A stretch of 47,875 nt of DNA from an uncultured archaeon (GTDB lineage: Archaea > Asgardarchaeota > Heimdallarchaeia > Heimdallarchaeales > Kariarchaeaceae): assembly GCA_964645535.1 (NCBI GenBank), contig CAZYCQ010000021.1:1-47875 (forward strand). The letters run 5' to 3'. Of the stretch, positions 18,038 through 27,708 are shown one piece after another (the stretch's first letter is position 1; every line of letters starts with the position of its first letter). Under the pieces are notes generated by a model, which saw only the letters and a program-made list of their open reading frames with translations, was not told the origin of the DNA and did no database searches. The translations under genes were made by a program, and so were the position numbers.

Positions 18038-19030
18038 ATGGATCGCGTCGGCCAGGCAAGTGCTCCGGGAAAGATCATTCTTTCAGGAGAACATAGTGTT
18101 GTGTATGGTTATCCAGCATTGGTTTCCGCAATATCTCTGAGATGTACCGCATATGCCCAATTTCTTCCAGAACCAGGGATAGAGATAATCTCGCGTGATC
18201 TGAATGTCCGACAGATCTATTCACTGGATGAGGTTATCAGACTCAAAGACATCCCAATGAACAAAAAAACAGACAATCTTGCGTATGCGGTTTTCAAAAC
18301 CATTGAACATTTGGAAATGGATCTCAGAAGAGAAAATGGTGTTACAATCTCTATTAGCAGTGAAATCCCAATTTCAGCAGGTCTTGGAAGCAGTGCGGCC
18401 TCTGCGGTGGCAAGTGTTGGTGCGGTCATATCTCTTTTGAGAGAAAAATTGGAGAATGAGGTCATTTCCAAACTTGCATATGAAGGGGAAGTGCTGGCTC
18501 ATGGTACTCCCTCGGGAGTAGACAATGCCGCTGCAACATATGGCGGTTTTCTGAAATATGAAAAAGGAGAGATTACAAAATTGGATATAGTCTCAGAGGT
18601 TCCACTGCTTATCGTGAATTCGATGGTTCCAAGAGAGACCAAAAAATTAGTTGGCGCAGTTCGTGAGAGATACAACCAAAATGAGGCTGTGATGAAAAAC
18701 ATTCTAGCGGTCATGGGGAAAATTCCACAAGAAATGATCCAATGCCTGAGTGAAGGTGACTACAATAGGATGGGACAGTTAATGGAGATTAACCATGGCT
18801 TGCTTGAAGCAATCGGCGTCGGTCATCAGGCATTGAGTGAAATCGTTTGGGAAGCTAAAAAGAACGGTGCATTGGGGGCAAAATTAACTGGTGCCGGTGG
18901 TGGGGGATGCGGAATTATTCTTCCAGAAAATGAGGAGCAAGCATTGGCAATTAGCCATTCTCTACAAGAACGTCAATTTAAGGTATTTCCGACTAAAGTT
19001 TCTCATCAAGGAGTGAAAATTGCAGGATGA
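18038..19030 (+). CDS. mvk: Mevalonate kinase
   Basis: SAPGKIILSGEHSVVYG, PISAGLGSSA, HGTPSGVD, KLTGAGGGG; ATG 18038 chosen (TATA-like CTTAAAA ~25 nt upstream) instead of TTG 17960. Confidence 0.95.
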   Translation: MDRVGQASAPGKIILSGEHSVVYGYPALVSAISLRCTAYAQFLPEPGIEIISRDLNVRQIYSLDEVIRLKDIPMNKKTDNLAYAVFKTIEHLEMDLRRENGVTISISSEIPISAGLGSSAASAVASVGAVISLLREKLENEVISKLAYEGEVLAHGTPSGVDNAAATYGGFLKYEKGEITKLDIVSEVPLLIVNSMVPRETKKLVGAVRERYNQNEAVMKNILAVMGKIPQEMIQCLSEGDYNRMGQLMEINHGLLEAIGVGHQALSEIVWEAKKNGALGAKLTGAGGGGCGIILPENEEQALAISHSLQERQFKVFPTKVSHQGVKIAG

Positions 19031-19845
19031 TGACAAAGCAGATTCTTGTTAAACTTGGGGGTTCGGTGATTACAGAAAAAAACAAGGAAAAAACCGTCAA
19101 CCTCTCACTGGTACGGCGTGCATTTCATGAAATGGGCATGGTCAAGGGAATCCATCTCCAACTTATTCATGGTGCAGGATCCTTTGGACATCCCACCGCC
19201 AAGAAATATGACCTCATTTCCGGTCATACTGAAAAAAACCATGAATACGTACCTTGGGCAGTTTCAGTTACCCGACGGAATATGATCGAACTTCATTCCC
19301 ATATTGTGGATATTGCCCTTGAGAAATCTTTCTTTCCGTTTTCCTTACCTGTTTCATCCAACTCGTTTGAAAAAGGCAATGGGGAGCTCTCTTTTTTTGG
19401 TGATCCCCTTTTTCTCGCCCTTAAAAACGGTTTCAATCCTGTTCTCTATGGTGATGTCATACTCAGTGAATCAAGGGGGTTTACCATCCTTTCAGGTGAC
19501 CGCATCATGCTGGAGATCATTGAATTTCTCCAAGGAACGAACTTCTTACCTCAGGAGATTATCTTTTGCACTGATGTGGACGGCTTTTTTACTGATGATC
19601 CCAAGCTGAATCCCAATGCCAAATTAATTCCCAAGGCAAGCAAGGATGAAATAGGTACGTTGAAAAATTATGCAAGAGAAAGCCAAAACCCTGATGTCAC
19701 AAAAGGAATGCTTGGCAAGCTCGAACAGATCGAACAGATACTCAGTTATGGCATCCCTGTTAAGATCATCAATTTAACTGAAAAAGGAAGGCTTTACGAT
19801 TCCTTAACCAAGGAAAGGTTTGTCGGAACCCTTTTCGTTCCTTGA
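19027..19845 (+). CDS. ipk: Isopentenyl phosphate kinase
   Basis: KLGGSVITEK, HGAGSFGH, LYGDV, SGD, DVTKGMLGK; ATGA overlap with mvk. Confidence 0.93.
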   Translation: MMTKQILVKLGGSVITEKNKEKTVNLSLVRRAFHEMGMVKGIHLQLIHGAGSFGHPTAKKYDLISGHTEKNHEYVPWAVSVTRRNMIELHSHIVDIALEKSFFPFSLPVSSNSFEKGNGELSFFGDPLFLALKNGFNPVLYGDVILSESRGFTILSGDRIMLEIIEFLQGTNFLPQEIIFCTDVDGFFTDDPKLNPNAKLIPKASKDEIGTLKNYARESQNPDVTKGMLGKLEQIEQILSYGIPVKIINLTEKGRLYDSLTKERFVGTLFVP

Positions 19846-19905
19846 AAACCAAGGACAAGAACTAAACCCATTAAAAGCAGTACTGTCTAAGATGATTGAG
19901 AACAA

Positions 19906-20550
19906 ATGTCCGCAGACCAAGAACTCTTTGAAGGAACAATTGATGAGAATGAATTGTTGGTTCCTCTGGACGACTACCTTACCTCAGGAGTACACATTGG
20001 AACCACTGTGTCAACCAAACAAATGGAGCCTTTCATCTATCGAGTCCGAAATGATGGGCTTTATGTCCTTGACATCAAAAAGACTGATGAACGGATCAGA
20101 CACGCAGCAAGAATGCTAGCTAGCTACGACCCTGAAGATGTTGTGGTGGTTTCCCAAAGGCAATATGGAACTGTGCCTTCTTCCAAATTCGCAAGAATCT
20201 GTGGTTTTAAGGCAATTCCCGGACGATTTGTCCCTGGAACCTTTACCAATCCCCAAAGTAAGTATTTCACTGAACCCAAATTGGTCTTCATCAATGATCC
20301 AAAGTCAGATAAACAGGCATTGGATGAAGCGAGAAGAATGAACATCCCAGTAATCGCCCTTTGCGATTCAGATAATACGACATCTTATGTTGATTTGGCA
20401 ATTCCTGCAAACAACAAGGGTCGAAGGGCTTTGGCACGGGTATATCTTCTACTGACTCAACAAGTCCTCCGTGAAAGAGGAGAGCTTGGAGAAAATGAAC
20501 CATTAAACATGGAACTTGATGACTTTGCATTCAAAATATTGAGAAATTAA
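19906..20550 (+). CDS. rps2: 30S ribosomal protein S2 (uS2)
   Basis: YLTSGVHIGT, GRFVPGTFTNP, IPANNKG. Confidence 0.98.
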   Translation: MSADQELFEGTIDENELLVPLDDYLTSGVHIGTTVSTKQMEPFIYRVRNDGLYVLDIKKTDERIRHAARMLASYDPEDVVVVSQRQYGTVPSSKFARICGFKAIPGRFVPGTFTNPQSKYFTEPKLVFINDPKSDKQALDEARRMNIPVIALCDSDNTTSYVDLAIPANNKGRRALARVYLLLTQQVLRERGELGENEPLNMELDDFAFKILRN

Positions 20551-20557
20551 ACCAATC

Positions 20558-20764
20558 TTATCGTTCCTGTTGGTAAGGTAAAATTGTGTCAATTAAATTG
20601 ACTTGACTAATAATCATCCTTCGACAACAGATTTTCTTAAGCCCTAATTCATCAAGGATTTCTGCGAGATTTCTTTCAGGATTTTCTTTTCTCATTTGTT
20701 CATATTTTTCCCATTTATCTCCCACAATTGTTCCGCAGGTGAAACATCGCACTGGTATTATCAT
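20558..20764 (-). CDS. rpoN: RNA polymerase subunit N (Rpo10)
   Basis: MIIPVRCFTCG...LDELG...CCRRM; start placed at the conserved Met (20764) rather than 20788. Confidence 0.97.
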   Translation of the reverse strand: MIIPVRCFTCGTIVGDKWEKYEQMRKENPERNLAEILDELGLKKICCRRMIISQVNLIDTILPYQQER

Positions 20765-20874
20765 TAAGTCTTTATCCACAAATTCCATTCAAAAGCATAT
20801 TGATGGTGTTAACATGGGAACTAAAATAGTCAGAACAGTGTATTTTTTAACTGCCCATACAGGAATTCAATACG

Positions 20875-22779
20875 ATGCATCTTAGAAAAGGAATGTTCTT
20901 TGGGTTGATTTTATGTATCCTTATGCTCCCATTTTTACCCACGACTCCCGCTCAAACAGCAGACAATTTTACCCTTACGGTCATAGTCCCATCAGACAAT
21001 CAACGGATCAGATCCATGGTTAACCTGTTGGATGATTATTGGAACCCCCTACATGTACAAGTGAATGTTGTTGGCTTTCCTGAGGTCACATATCTCCAAA
21101 ATCTAATCAATCCTAATTTGGATTGGGATCTTGCAGTGGTTTCATTTAGTGGCGGTGAATTGCTTGACCCCGGTTTAATTGATCTATACCATCCAAAATA
21201 TTCCTCATTTGCAACCAAACTATATCCTACCAACGATACAAATCTCATGGAGGAAATAGGCATCAGTCAAGATTTCTTGAACCTAATTGAAGATGCATAT
21301 TTCGCCGCAAATAAATCCCGCAAGATTGAATTGCTTTCAGAATTTCAAAGACGGTACAATGAAGAATGGCTGTTGGATCTTCCACTTTTTTCAAAACTTG
21401 GTGCAGTTGTGAGCTACCGTCAGCTTCAGGGTTTTGTTCCAGAAGATGGACTTGCATCTTCAATTTTTAGAGGAATGCATTGGAGCGGCAATGCAAATCG
21501 AAGAGCGGACCAAGGGGGGACTGAAGACAACCTTCGAATGGTTATCCAGAATCCGGTGGGAAGTTTCAATCCACTTCTTTCCAATTCTCCTGATTATGAT
21601 GAATTGAACAGCCTTATTTTTCCTCAGTTGCTCCTCTTTGACCCGCAAGCAACCCCCTATCCTGACCTCGCCATTGGATACGGAATCAAAGACCTTGAGA
21701 ACGGCACTCGACTTATTGATTTCAAAATAAGAAATAATGCAAAATGGATGGATAATGATGGCCATGCACTGAACCCAATAGGTCCAAAGGATATTAAATT
21801 CACTTTTGACATGCTAAGATTCCCATGGGTTCCCACAAGCTCAACAAATCTTGTCGCCCGCTTGAACTCCATCCGCATTCTAAATGATACGTCAGTTCAA
21901 TTTTCCATTTCCCGTCCATCACAATCTGATCTCTATTTGATTGGATCCCAAAGAATTATCCCCGAATTTCTACTGAATGTGACTCTTACGAAACAAGGCT
22001 CTGAACTAGGAACCATCTATGGTGACAAAATCTCTCCAATTGAAAGCGATGAATGGACAAATTTTGCTTCATTGCCTGTCACTGGCTCCCTTTATTATGT
22101 TGATTCGAAGAGTGAAAACCTCATTACCCTTCATGTAAACCCCTCTTATTGGTATCCAACAATTGATGACATAATAACCCCCAATTGGGCTCCTCAAAAC
22201 AATTACTTCTTCGATTGGAACGACAATCCTTCCACCACTCCAATTGAAAAACCTATCCAGCCTTATATTCAAGAAATCACTTACTCCATTGTTGAGGACA
22301 AGTCTTCTGCTGCTTTGCAGTTCCACTTTGGTGTATTTGATATTTTTCGATCACAGGCGTTGGACAGCAAAAACCTTTACACTGACGATCCCGATTTGGT
22401 AAATCTTGACTTTGTTCCTAAAAGTTATGTAGAATCGTTTTTAATCAACTATGATAATTTATTCCTTCGGGATTATAGGGTGAGGAAAGCCCTTCTTGCA
22501 GCTCTCAACAGGGAAGAGATGCTTCAAGTCATTGGAACAAGCCAAGAAATTCAATATTCCCCCATCTCAAAAGCTTATACTGATTTTTACAACGATCTTG
22601 GTGGTGTGAAATACAACTATGAACTGGCTAGAGATTTATTCCGAGAAGCGGGCTTTTTTGCTGAGGATGCCTCAACTGTTAGTTATTCTCCTCGCAGTGT
22701 GAATCTTCCCTTCCCTATCTACTCCTTCCTAATGATAATTCCATTTGCGCTTGTAAAAAGAAAGAAATCGACAAGTTGA
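20875..22779 (+). CDS. Family 5 (peptide/nickel) ABC substrate-binding protein, circularly permuted, PxP-TM anchored
   Basis: Signal peptide; SFNPL, PYPDLA, DIKFTFD, DYRVRKALLAALNR, YNYELARDLFREAG; tail LPFP-TM-KRKK. Confidence 0.88.
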   Translation: MHLRKGMFFGLILCILMLPFLPTTPAQTADNFTLTVIVPSDNQRIRSMVNLLDDYWNPLHVQVNVVGFPEVTYLQNLINPNLDWDLAVVSFSGGELLDPGLIDLYHPKYSSFATKLYPTNDTNLMEEIGISQDFLNLIEDAYFAANKSRKIELLSEFQRRYNEEWLLDLPLFSKLGAVVSYRQLQGFVPEDGLASSIFRGMHWSGNANRRADQGGTEDNLRMVIQNPVGSFNPLLSNSPDYDELNSLIFPQLLLFDPQATPYPDLAIGYGIKDLENGTRLIDFKIRNNAKWMDNDGHALNPIGPKDIKFTFDMLRFPWVPTSSTNLVARLNSIRILNDTSVQFSISRPSQSDLYLIGSQRIIPEFLLNVTLTKQGSELGTIYGDKISPIESDEWTNFASLPVTGSLYYVDSKSENLITLHVNPSYWYPTIDDIITPNWAPQNNYFFDWNDNPSTTPIEKPIQPYIQEITYSIVEDKSSAALQFHFGVFDIFRSQALDSKNLYTDDPDLVNLDFVPKSYVESFLINYDNLFLRDYRVRKALLAALNREEMLQVIGTSQEIQYSPISKAYTDFYNDLGGVKYNYELARDLFREAGFFAEDASTVSYSPRSVNLPFPIYSFLMIIPFALVKRKKSTS

Positions 22780-22804
22780 AATCATTACATTCAAGATTAA
22801 AAAT

Positions 22805-23074
22805 ATGGATGAAGAAAAATTAGTTCAAAGACTGGCAATGAAAATGTTCCTCTCAGTTGGTTTTGCAGTCTCTCTTACAATGTTTGGCGTAATGTTCTTC
22901 TTTGTCGGAATTTTCTTTTTGGGTAGCAATTCCGTCTCTACAATCCAATATAAAGAGTCCGCTGGTTGGTGGATTGCCCTTGGATTGGTCTTATTTGTTT
23001 TAGGTTTCTTTCTTTTGATAAGATTCCTGAAAGACAGTCCCGAGCCAGGATCACTCAATTACAAACATATCTAA
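22805..23074 (+). CDS. Small two-TM membrane protein
   Basis: Two clear hydrophobic helices; co-oriented and tightly packed with neighbours. Confidence 0.7.
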   Translation: MDEEKLVQRLAMKMFLSVGFAVSLTMFGVMFFFVGIFFLGSNSVSTIQYKESAGWWIALGLVLFVLGFFLLIRFLKDSPEPGSLNYKHI

Positions 23075-23114
23075 AGGATCACCCTTTTATCTCAAAATCT
23101 TCCTTTAAGAATAA

Positions 23115-23864
23115 ATGAATTTGAAAGAAGAAATAGAACAAATCTGGACATCAAATACCTCCACTTCTCTTGGTCGGACTCTACCTTCCGTGTTAGATCT
23201 CCTGCTTCAAGCTAGACGAACGAAAGAGATAATCCCCATTGAGCTTGAGCTGGATATCGTAATGACTGCCAACTATGCTATGGACTATGGATCTACCACA
23301 GAATCATTGAACCATATCTCTTTACTATGGAAAGATGGATATAATCACCTGTTAAATCATGTCTCCTCAATATCAAATGATTTAGCGAGGAAAATCAATA
23401 GATTGAATTCAATTTTCGCAAATGCCATGTTAGGCTCTATCATTTATGATTTGCAGAACAAAAGCGTGGTTACTTCAGAGGCAAACAACATCTTGACTGA
23501 TATGTTCCAAATCATCGGCCCTTCTGAGGATTATGTCCTCCAATCGCTGGAATACCTTGCGCAATCCCAACTTGAATTTCTGATGATCACGAAAATGAAC
23601 AGTTGGTTCTATGAAAACGTTTCGGATGCAATCACCATTCTTTCATTAATTAAGGATAGAAATGGTCAAATTGAAAAGTTCAAGGAACCTTTGAGAAAAG
23701 TGGCAGAAAAAATAAAAAATCTAGGAAGCAAATTCCGCTTTGAGGAATGGGAAAATACCTTTTCAAATCAGACAGAACGGTATCGGTTCATCTCTATTTT
23801 GATGAACAATGCCAATCCTTCGGATTCAACCTGGAAAGAAATAGCTCAATCCCTGAAAGACTAA
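23115..23864 (+). CDS. Hypothetical alpha-helical protein
   Basis: 249-aa ORF filling the interval; no motif recognised. Confidence 0.7.
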   Translation: MNLKEEIEQIWTSNTSTSLGRTLPSVLDLLLQARRTKEIIPIELELDIVMTANYAMDYGSTTESLNHISLLWKDGYNHLLNHVSSISNDLARKINRLNSIFANAMLGSIIYDLQNKSVVTSEANNILTDMFQIIGPSEDYVLQSLEYLAQSQLEFLMITKMNSWFYENVSDAITILSLIKDRNGQIEKFKEPLRKVAEKIKNLGSKFRFEEWENTFSNQTERYRFISILMNNANPSDSTWKEIAQSLKD

Positions 23865-24007
23865 CCAAATGTCCTGAAAATAACCATTCCAATGTTTAAT
23901 AATACAATTATCGAAGTGTTCGTACCATAAGGTGTATTTAAAAATACCCCAACCCAATTTCTCTTGTAAGACACCTTGAGGTCTTTACAAAGTCATGAGG
24001 TGATTAA

Positions 24008-24958
24008 ATGAGCTTAATGGCATATTTTATCCGAAGAACATTGGCAATGATCCCACTAACTATCGGGGTATCAATGCTGATTTTCTTCATGTTCGCAATC
24101 ACCCCCATTGACCCAGTCAACATAAAAGTCGGTTTGGATCCACATGCGCAGAAAAACCGTGACCAATATGTACGGGCTTGGGGGTTAGATAAACCGATCT
24201 ATCAGCGATACTTAGATTGGGCGATACCAATGTTTACTCGTCTTGAATTTGGCGAGAGCTGGACAAGGGATGTTCCTGTGGAAGAGATTTTTGCACCTTT
24301 CATTGGAAACACCATTTTCCTTTTTGGAATTGCCTTTGTCCTCTCACTTTTGGTCTCGACCATTATTGGTATCGTCGCAGCAACCCATCATAACTCTTGG
24401 TTTGATCAAAGTGCTCTTTTCGGAAGCTTGGTGGGGTTCTCGATCCCTAACTTCGTTTTGGGTATTGTCCTGATCATGACCCTTTATGCTTCTTTTGGCA
24501 TTTTGGCAGTTTATCTCCCAGGAAATGATAAGAATTTAACGGATCAAATTCCAGCCCTTGTTACCGCAGAGATTACTATGCTGATCTCAGGTATTGCTTT
24601 CGCAACCAGATTAGTTAGGTCGCAAATGCTCAACGTGCTCAGGCAAAACTACATCAGGACTGCAAGAGCCAAAGGGCTCTCTGAGCGTTCTGTTATCTAT
24701 AAGCATGCTTTGAGAAATGCATTGTTGCCTTTTGTCACCGTTATTGCACTCTCATTGCCCGGTGTTCTCAGTGGTTCTGCAATCATTGAAAGGGTCTTCA
24801 ATTATCCTGGTGTAGGTCGCCAATTGATCCGTGCAGCACTTGAATTCGACCTTCCAACAGTATTGGCAGTCAACATGTTTTTCTCAGTTCTTACAATCTT
24901 CATGCTGTTGGTTGCGGATGTAGTTTATGGGCTTGTAGACCCAAGGATCAAATTCTAG
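24008..24958 (+). CDS. Peptide ABC transporter permease (OppB/DppB family)
   Basis: GLDKP, YIRTARAKGLSERSVIYKHALRNA, IERVFNYPGVG, LVDPRI; SD GAGGTGA. Confidence 0.95.
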   Translation: MSLMAYFIRRTLAMIPLTIGVSMLIFFMFAITPIDPVNIKVGLDPHAQKNRDQYVRAWGLDKPIYQRYLDWAIPMFTRLEFGESWTRDVPVEEIFAPFIGNTIFLFGIAFVLSLLVSTIIGIVAATHHNSWFDQSALFGSLVGFSIPNFVLGIVLIMTLYASFGILAVYLPGNDKNLTDQIPALVTAEITMLISGIAFATRLVRSQMLNVLRQNYIRTARAKGLSERSVIYKHALRNALLPFVTVIALSLPGVLSGSAIIERVFNYPGVGRQLIRAALEFDLPTVLAVNMFFSVLTIFMLLVADVVYGLVDPRIKF

Positions 24959-24969
24959 GAGGTAATCAA

Positions 24970-26706
24970 ATGTCGACAGTAACTGAAACCAGAAGCCATA
25001 AAGAACCTGTTCTTCCAGCGCCTGGAACGTACAACCCCTCCTATTTCTCAATGGCTATCAATTTTCTTTCATTTTTGGCCTATTTGGTCATGTTATATAC
25101 TCTGTTCTTTGCCTCTCTTTTCTTTATCTTTGGATTTTCGGATTATCTCGAATATCAAAGGCAATATGCCGCCGCAAAATCTGCCTATGAAGAACAAAAA
25201 AGAATATGGGAAGCCGCCCATGAAGGACAACAATACACTCAACCCTTCTCATTTGTGGCAAAGAATGAAAACGGTGATTTAATCCTTCCCTATACTACAT
25301 TGAGATTTGGCCTTCAATTTTTCTTGGTTTTCTTGGTCATTTTCATCCCAACACGAAAAATCGTCAGAACCTATGGTTCAAGAAAATTGATCATTGATGA
25401 CAACGGAATTACAATAAAGGTCCTCCACCTTAAAACGTTATTCAAGAAATTGCTCTTGGCACCTTTTACCTATCTGCAAACCAAAGAGTTTGATCTTGAT
25501 CCCATGAAGACCGAACAATTTGTGACATGGGAAGGTGTTCTCGACATTCAGGTCAAAAAATCTGAAAGTATCATCGCTTCCATCATTCCGAATCTGAAGA
25601 AGGCGGTCGTATATACCATGGATCGATCCTTCGTCATTGATAGCCTTGCATATCAAAATGCAGATGAAATCATGGAAAAGATGAAAACTTTCGGGGACAG
25701 CCTAGAGGAAAAAGTCATCGATTTTGGTTATGGTGCAAGCATTGCCATCATCTGGAGAAGAATGAAACGTTCCAAGGTCGGAATGCTAGGCTTTGTTCTT
25801 GTTACCTTCTTCCTCCTTGTTGCCGTGTTTGCAGCCGTATTTAGCATTGCCTATCCTCTCAGCGACCTTCAAATCCGAACCCAGCCAGTTCTGATTAAGT
25901 TTTTCTCTCTTAACATTGGCGGCAAGGAATTCCCATTCCAGCTAAGAAACCCCAATTTTGGTGACCCTCGTGCAAAATGGGTGGCTCCCAATGAACAATA
26001 TTATTTCGGAACAGATGGTGACGGAAGGGATATCTTTTCACGGATCTTCTTCGGCTCGTTTTACTCCATCCTCATTGGCGTAATTGCCCAAGTTATCATT
26101 GTTGTATTGGGAGGCATCATCGGTGCTGCAAGTGGTTACATGGGTGGCGCATTCGATAACGTGATGATGAGGGTGGCAGATGTTCTTCTTGTTCTCCCAG
26201 GTTTGCCTATCCTCATTATGATTTCCGCGGCCTTCGGAAGTGTCTTTGATGTCATCCCGATTGAGGGCGCCTATTATCTGGTTGTCTATTCAATCTTTGC
26301 TCTTATCGGATGGCCTGGAACTGCAAGATATATCCGTGCGGAAGTGCTTGCCATTAAGGAAGCTGAATTTATTCAAGCAGAATATGTATTGGGTGCAACT
26401 CATTGGCGGACAATCACCAGACATATCATCCCCAATGCAATGTCTACCCTAATCATCATATTCACACTTGGTATAGCAGGAGTGATCCAAGGTGTAGCAT
26501 CCCTCGCATTTCTTGGTTTCGGATCGTCCGATACCCTTGTCTGGGGTAGTGATCTTTCGGTCTATTCGAATGATACCCGTTTGGTGACCCAAGGTGTTTG
26601 GTGGGGTGTGACCTTTGTATCATTGGCTCTTTTCCTTCTCACCTTAGGGTTCAACCTCCTTGGTGATAGCTTGCGTGATGCACTTGATCCAACCCTGAAA
26701 GAATAA
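24970..26706 (+). CDS. Peptide ABC transporter permease (OppC/DppC family) with ~255-aa N-terminal extension
   Basis: FGTDGDGRDIFSR, MRVAD, RHIIPN, FNLLGDSLRDALDP; SD AGGAGGT. Confidence 0.93.
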   Translation: MSTVTETRSHKEPVLPAPGTYNPSYFSMAINFLSFLAYLVMLYTLFFASLFFIFGFSDYLEYQRQYAAAKSAYEEQKRIWEAAHEGQQYTQPFSFVAKNENGDLILPYTTLRFGLQFFLVFLVIFIPTRKIVRTYGSRKLIIDDNGITIKVLHLKTLFKKLLLAPFTYLQTKEFDLDPMKTEQFVTWEGVLDIQVKKSESIIASIIPNLKKAVVYTMDRSFVIDSLAYQNADEIMEKMKTFGDSLEEKVIDFGYGASIAIIWRRMKRSKVGMLGFVLVTFFLLVAVFAAVFSIAYPLSDLQIRTQPVLIKFFSLNIGGKEFPFQLRNPNFGDPRAKWVAPNEQYYFGTDGDGRDIFSRIFFGSFYSILIGVIAQVIIVVLGGIIGAASGYMGGAFDNVMMRVADVLLVLPGLPILIMISAAFGSVFDVIPIEGAYYLVVYSIFALIGWPGTARYIRAEVLAIKEAEFIQAEYVLGATHWRTITRHIIPNAMSTLIIIFTLGIAGVIQGVASLAFLGFGSSDTLVWGSDLSVYSNDTRLVTQGVWWGVTFVSLALFLLTLGFNLLGDSLRDALDPTLKE

Positions 26707-26736
26707 ATCTAATTAGGTAGAAAAAAATCAAGGTTT

Positions 26737-27423
26737 GTGGAAAAATTACCTAAACAATTCAATCAAATCAAAACTAGAGGCGTTAGAATCAAAATAAAGG
26801 GATTTCTAAGGAATGCAGATACGTGGGAAAAGATACGTGCGACATTGCTATTTGTCTTTATCCCTCCAATAGTCGTTTCTTTTTTGCTAAATATGATACT
26901 TTTTCTATTTTCTTCTTATGTCCTTTCTCAAACTCAATTTCTAGGAGTTTTTTTGGCAACCTTCATGATCATGGGGCTTGTTTTCCTTTATTGGGGGTGG
27001 TATCGTACTTTCAATGGCTGGATTCTTTTTGACAAGGACAACGAAATTTTATTTGTCCTAGTGGATAAAAAATTCCCTACACTCTTAGAAATTCCCTATG
27101 AAGAGATTATCGGAATACAATGGGTAGGAGGGAAAAATGGTTACGCTAAGATCGAGACACCTGTTGGCTCTTTCCCAACTGAACGAGCATCTGAAAAAAA
27201 GGAAGGGTCTGTGACAGAACTTTGGGAGGATTTGGCAAGCATTGGGGCGCCGTTTGAAGATTGGCCCATCACCCTGTGGTGTCCTTCATGCAATAGAAGT
27301 TTTGGGCATCATCTTGGCACCGCCGTTTGTCCATTTGATCCTGAAACTGCCCTGATTGACTTGGAAACCAAGGGTAGACATGATCCACAAGGGATTTCTC
27401 CGGAAGATCTTGACCGTGTCTAA
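26737..27423 (+). CDS. Two-TM protein with PH-like beta domain and C-terminal Cys/His cluster
   Basis: Two TM helices, EIPYEEIIGI strand pattern, CPSC-x5-HH-x5-CP; start codon uncertain. Confidence 0.65.
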   Translation: MEKLPKQFNQIKTRGVRIKIKGFLRNADTWEKIRATLLFVFIPPIVVSFLLNMILFLFSSYVLSQTQFLGVFLATFMIMGLVFLYWGWYRTFNGWILFDKDNEILFVLVDKKFPTLLEIPYEEIIGIQWVGGKNGYAKIETPVGSFPTERASEKKEGSVTELWEDLASIGAPFEDWPITLWCPSCNRSFGHHLGTAVCPFDPETALIDLETKGRHDPQGISPEDLDRV

Positions 27424-27631
27424 TATTTTTTTGCACCACGTGTTCCGTATTTTGGAGAGCGAAAAATCGTGAAAATGTATAACATAAAATTGATTTTCTC
27501 GAAATCTTGAAATACGAAAATCGGATCCAAAACCCCTCTTAATTTATTAGTGTTCAAACAAATAGCTAAATTGCACTAGCCTCATGCAGTCAAACCCAAA
27601 ATCTATAAATAGGGTCAATTGATTGCAACAT

Positions 27632-27690
27632 GAGGACAAGGCTAACGAAAGTTAGTCCCTCTAGGCTGAAAAGGAATTCGAAAGAATTTC
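27632..27690 (+). promoter_or_regulatory. Structured 5' leader with two GAAA-tetraloop hairpins
   Basis: GAGG-ACAA-GGCUAAC-GAAA-GUUAGUC-CCUC (27632-27661) and GGAAUUC-GAAA-GAAUUUC (27673-27690), between TATA CTATAAAT (27603-27610) and SD AGGTGA (27694-27699). Confidence 0.55.
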
Positions 27691-27708
27691 AATAGGTGAA
27701 TGATTAAC

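Noticed and set aside
27632-27690. Leader as c-di-GMP-I riboswitch or hammerhead ribozyme
   Set aside because: Has GAAA tetraloops but lacks the GCAAA/tetraloop-receptor elements and the CUGAnGA core.
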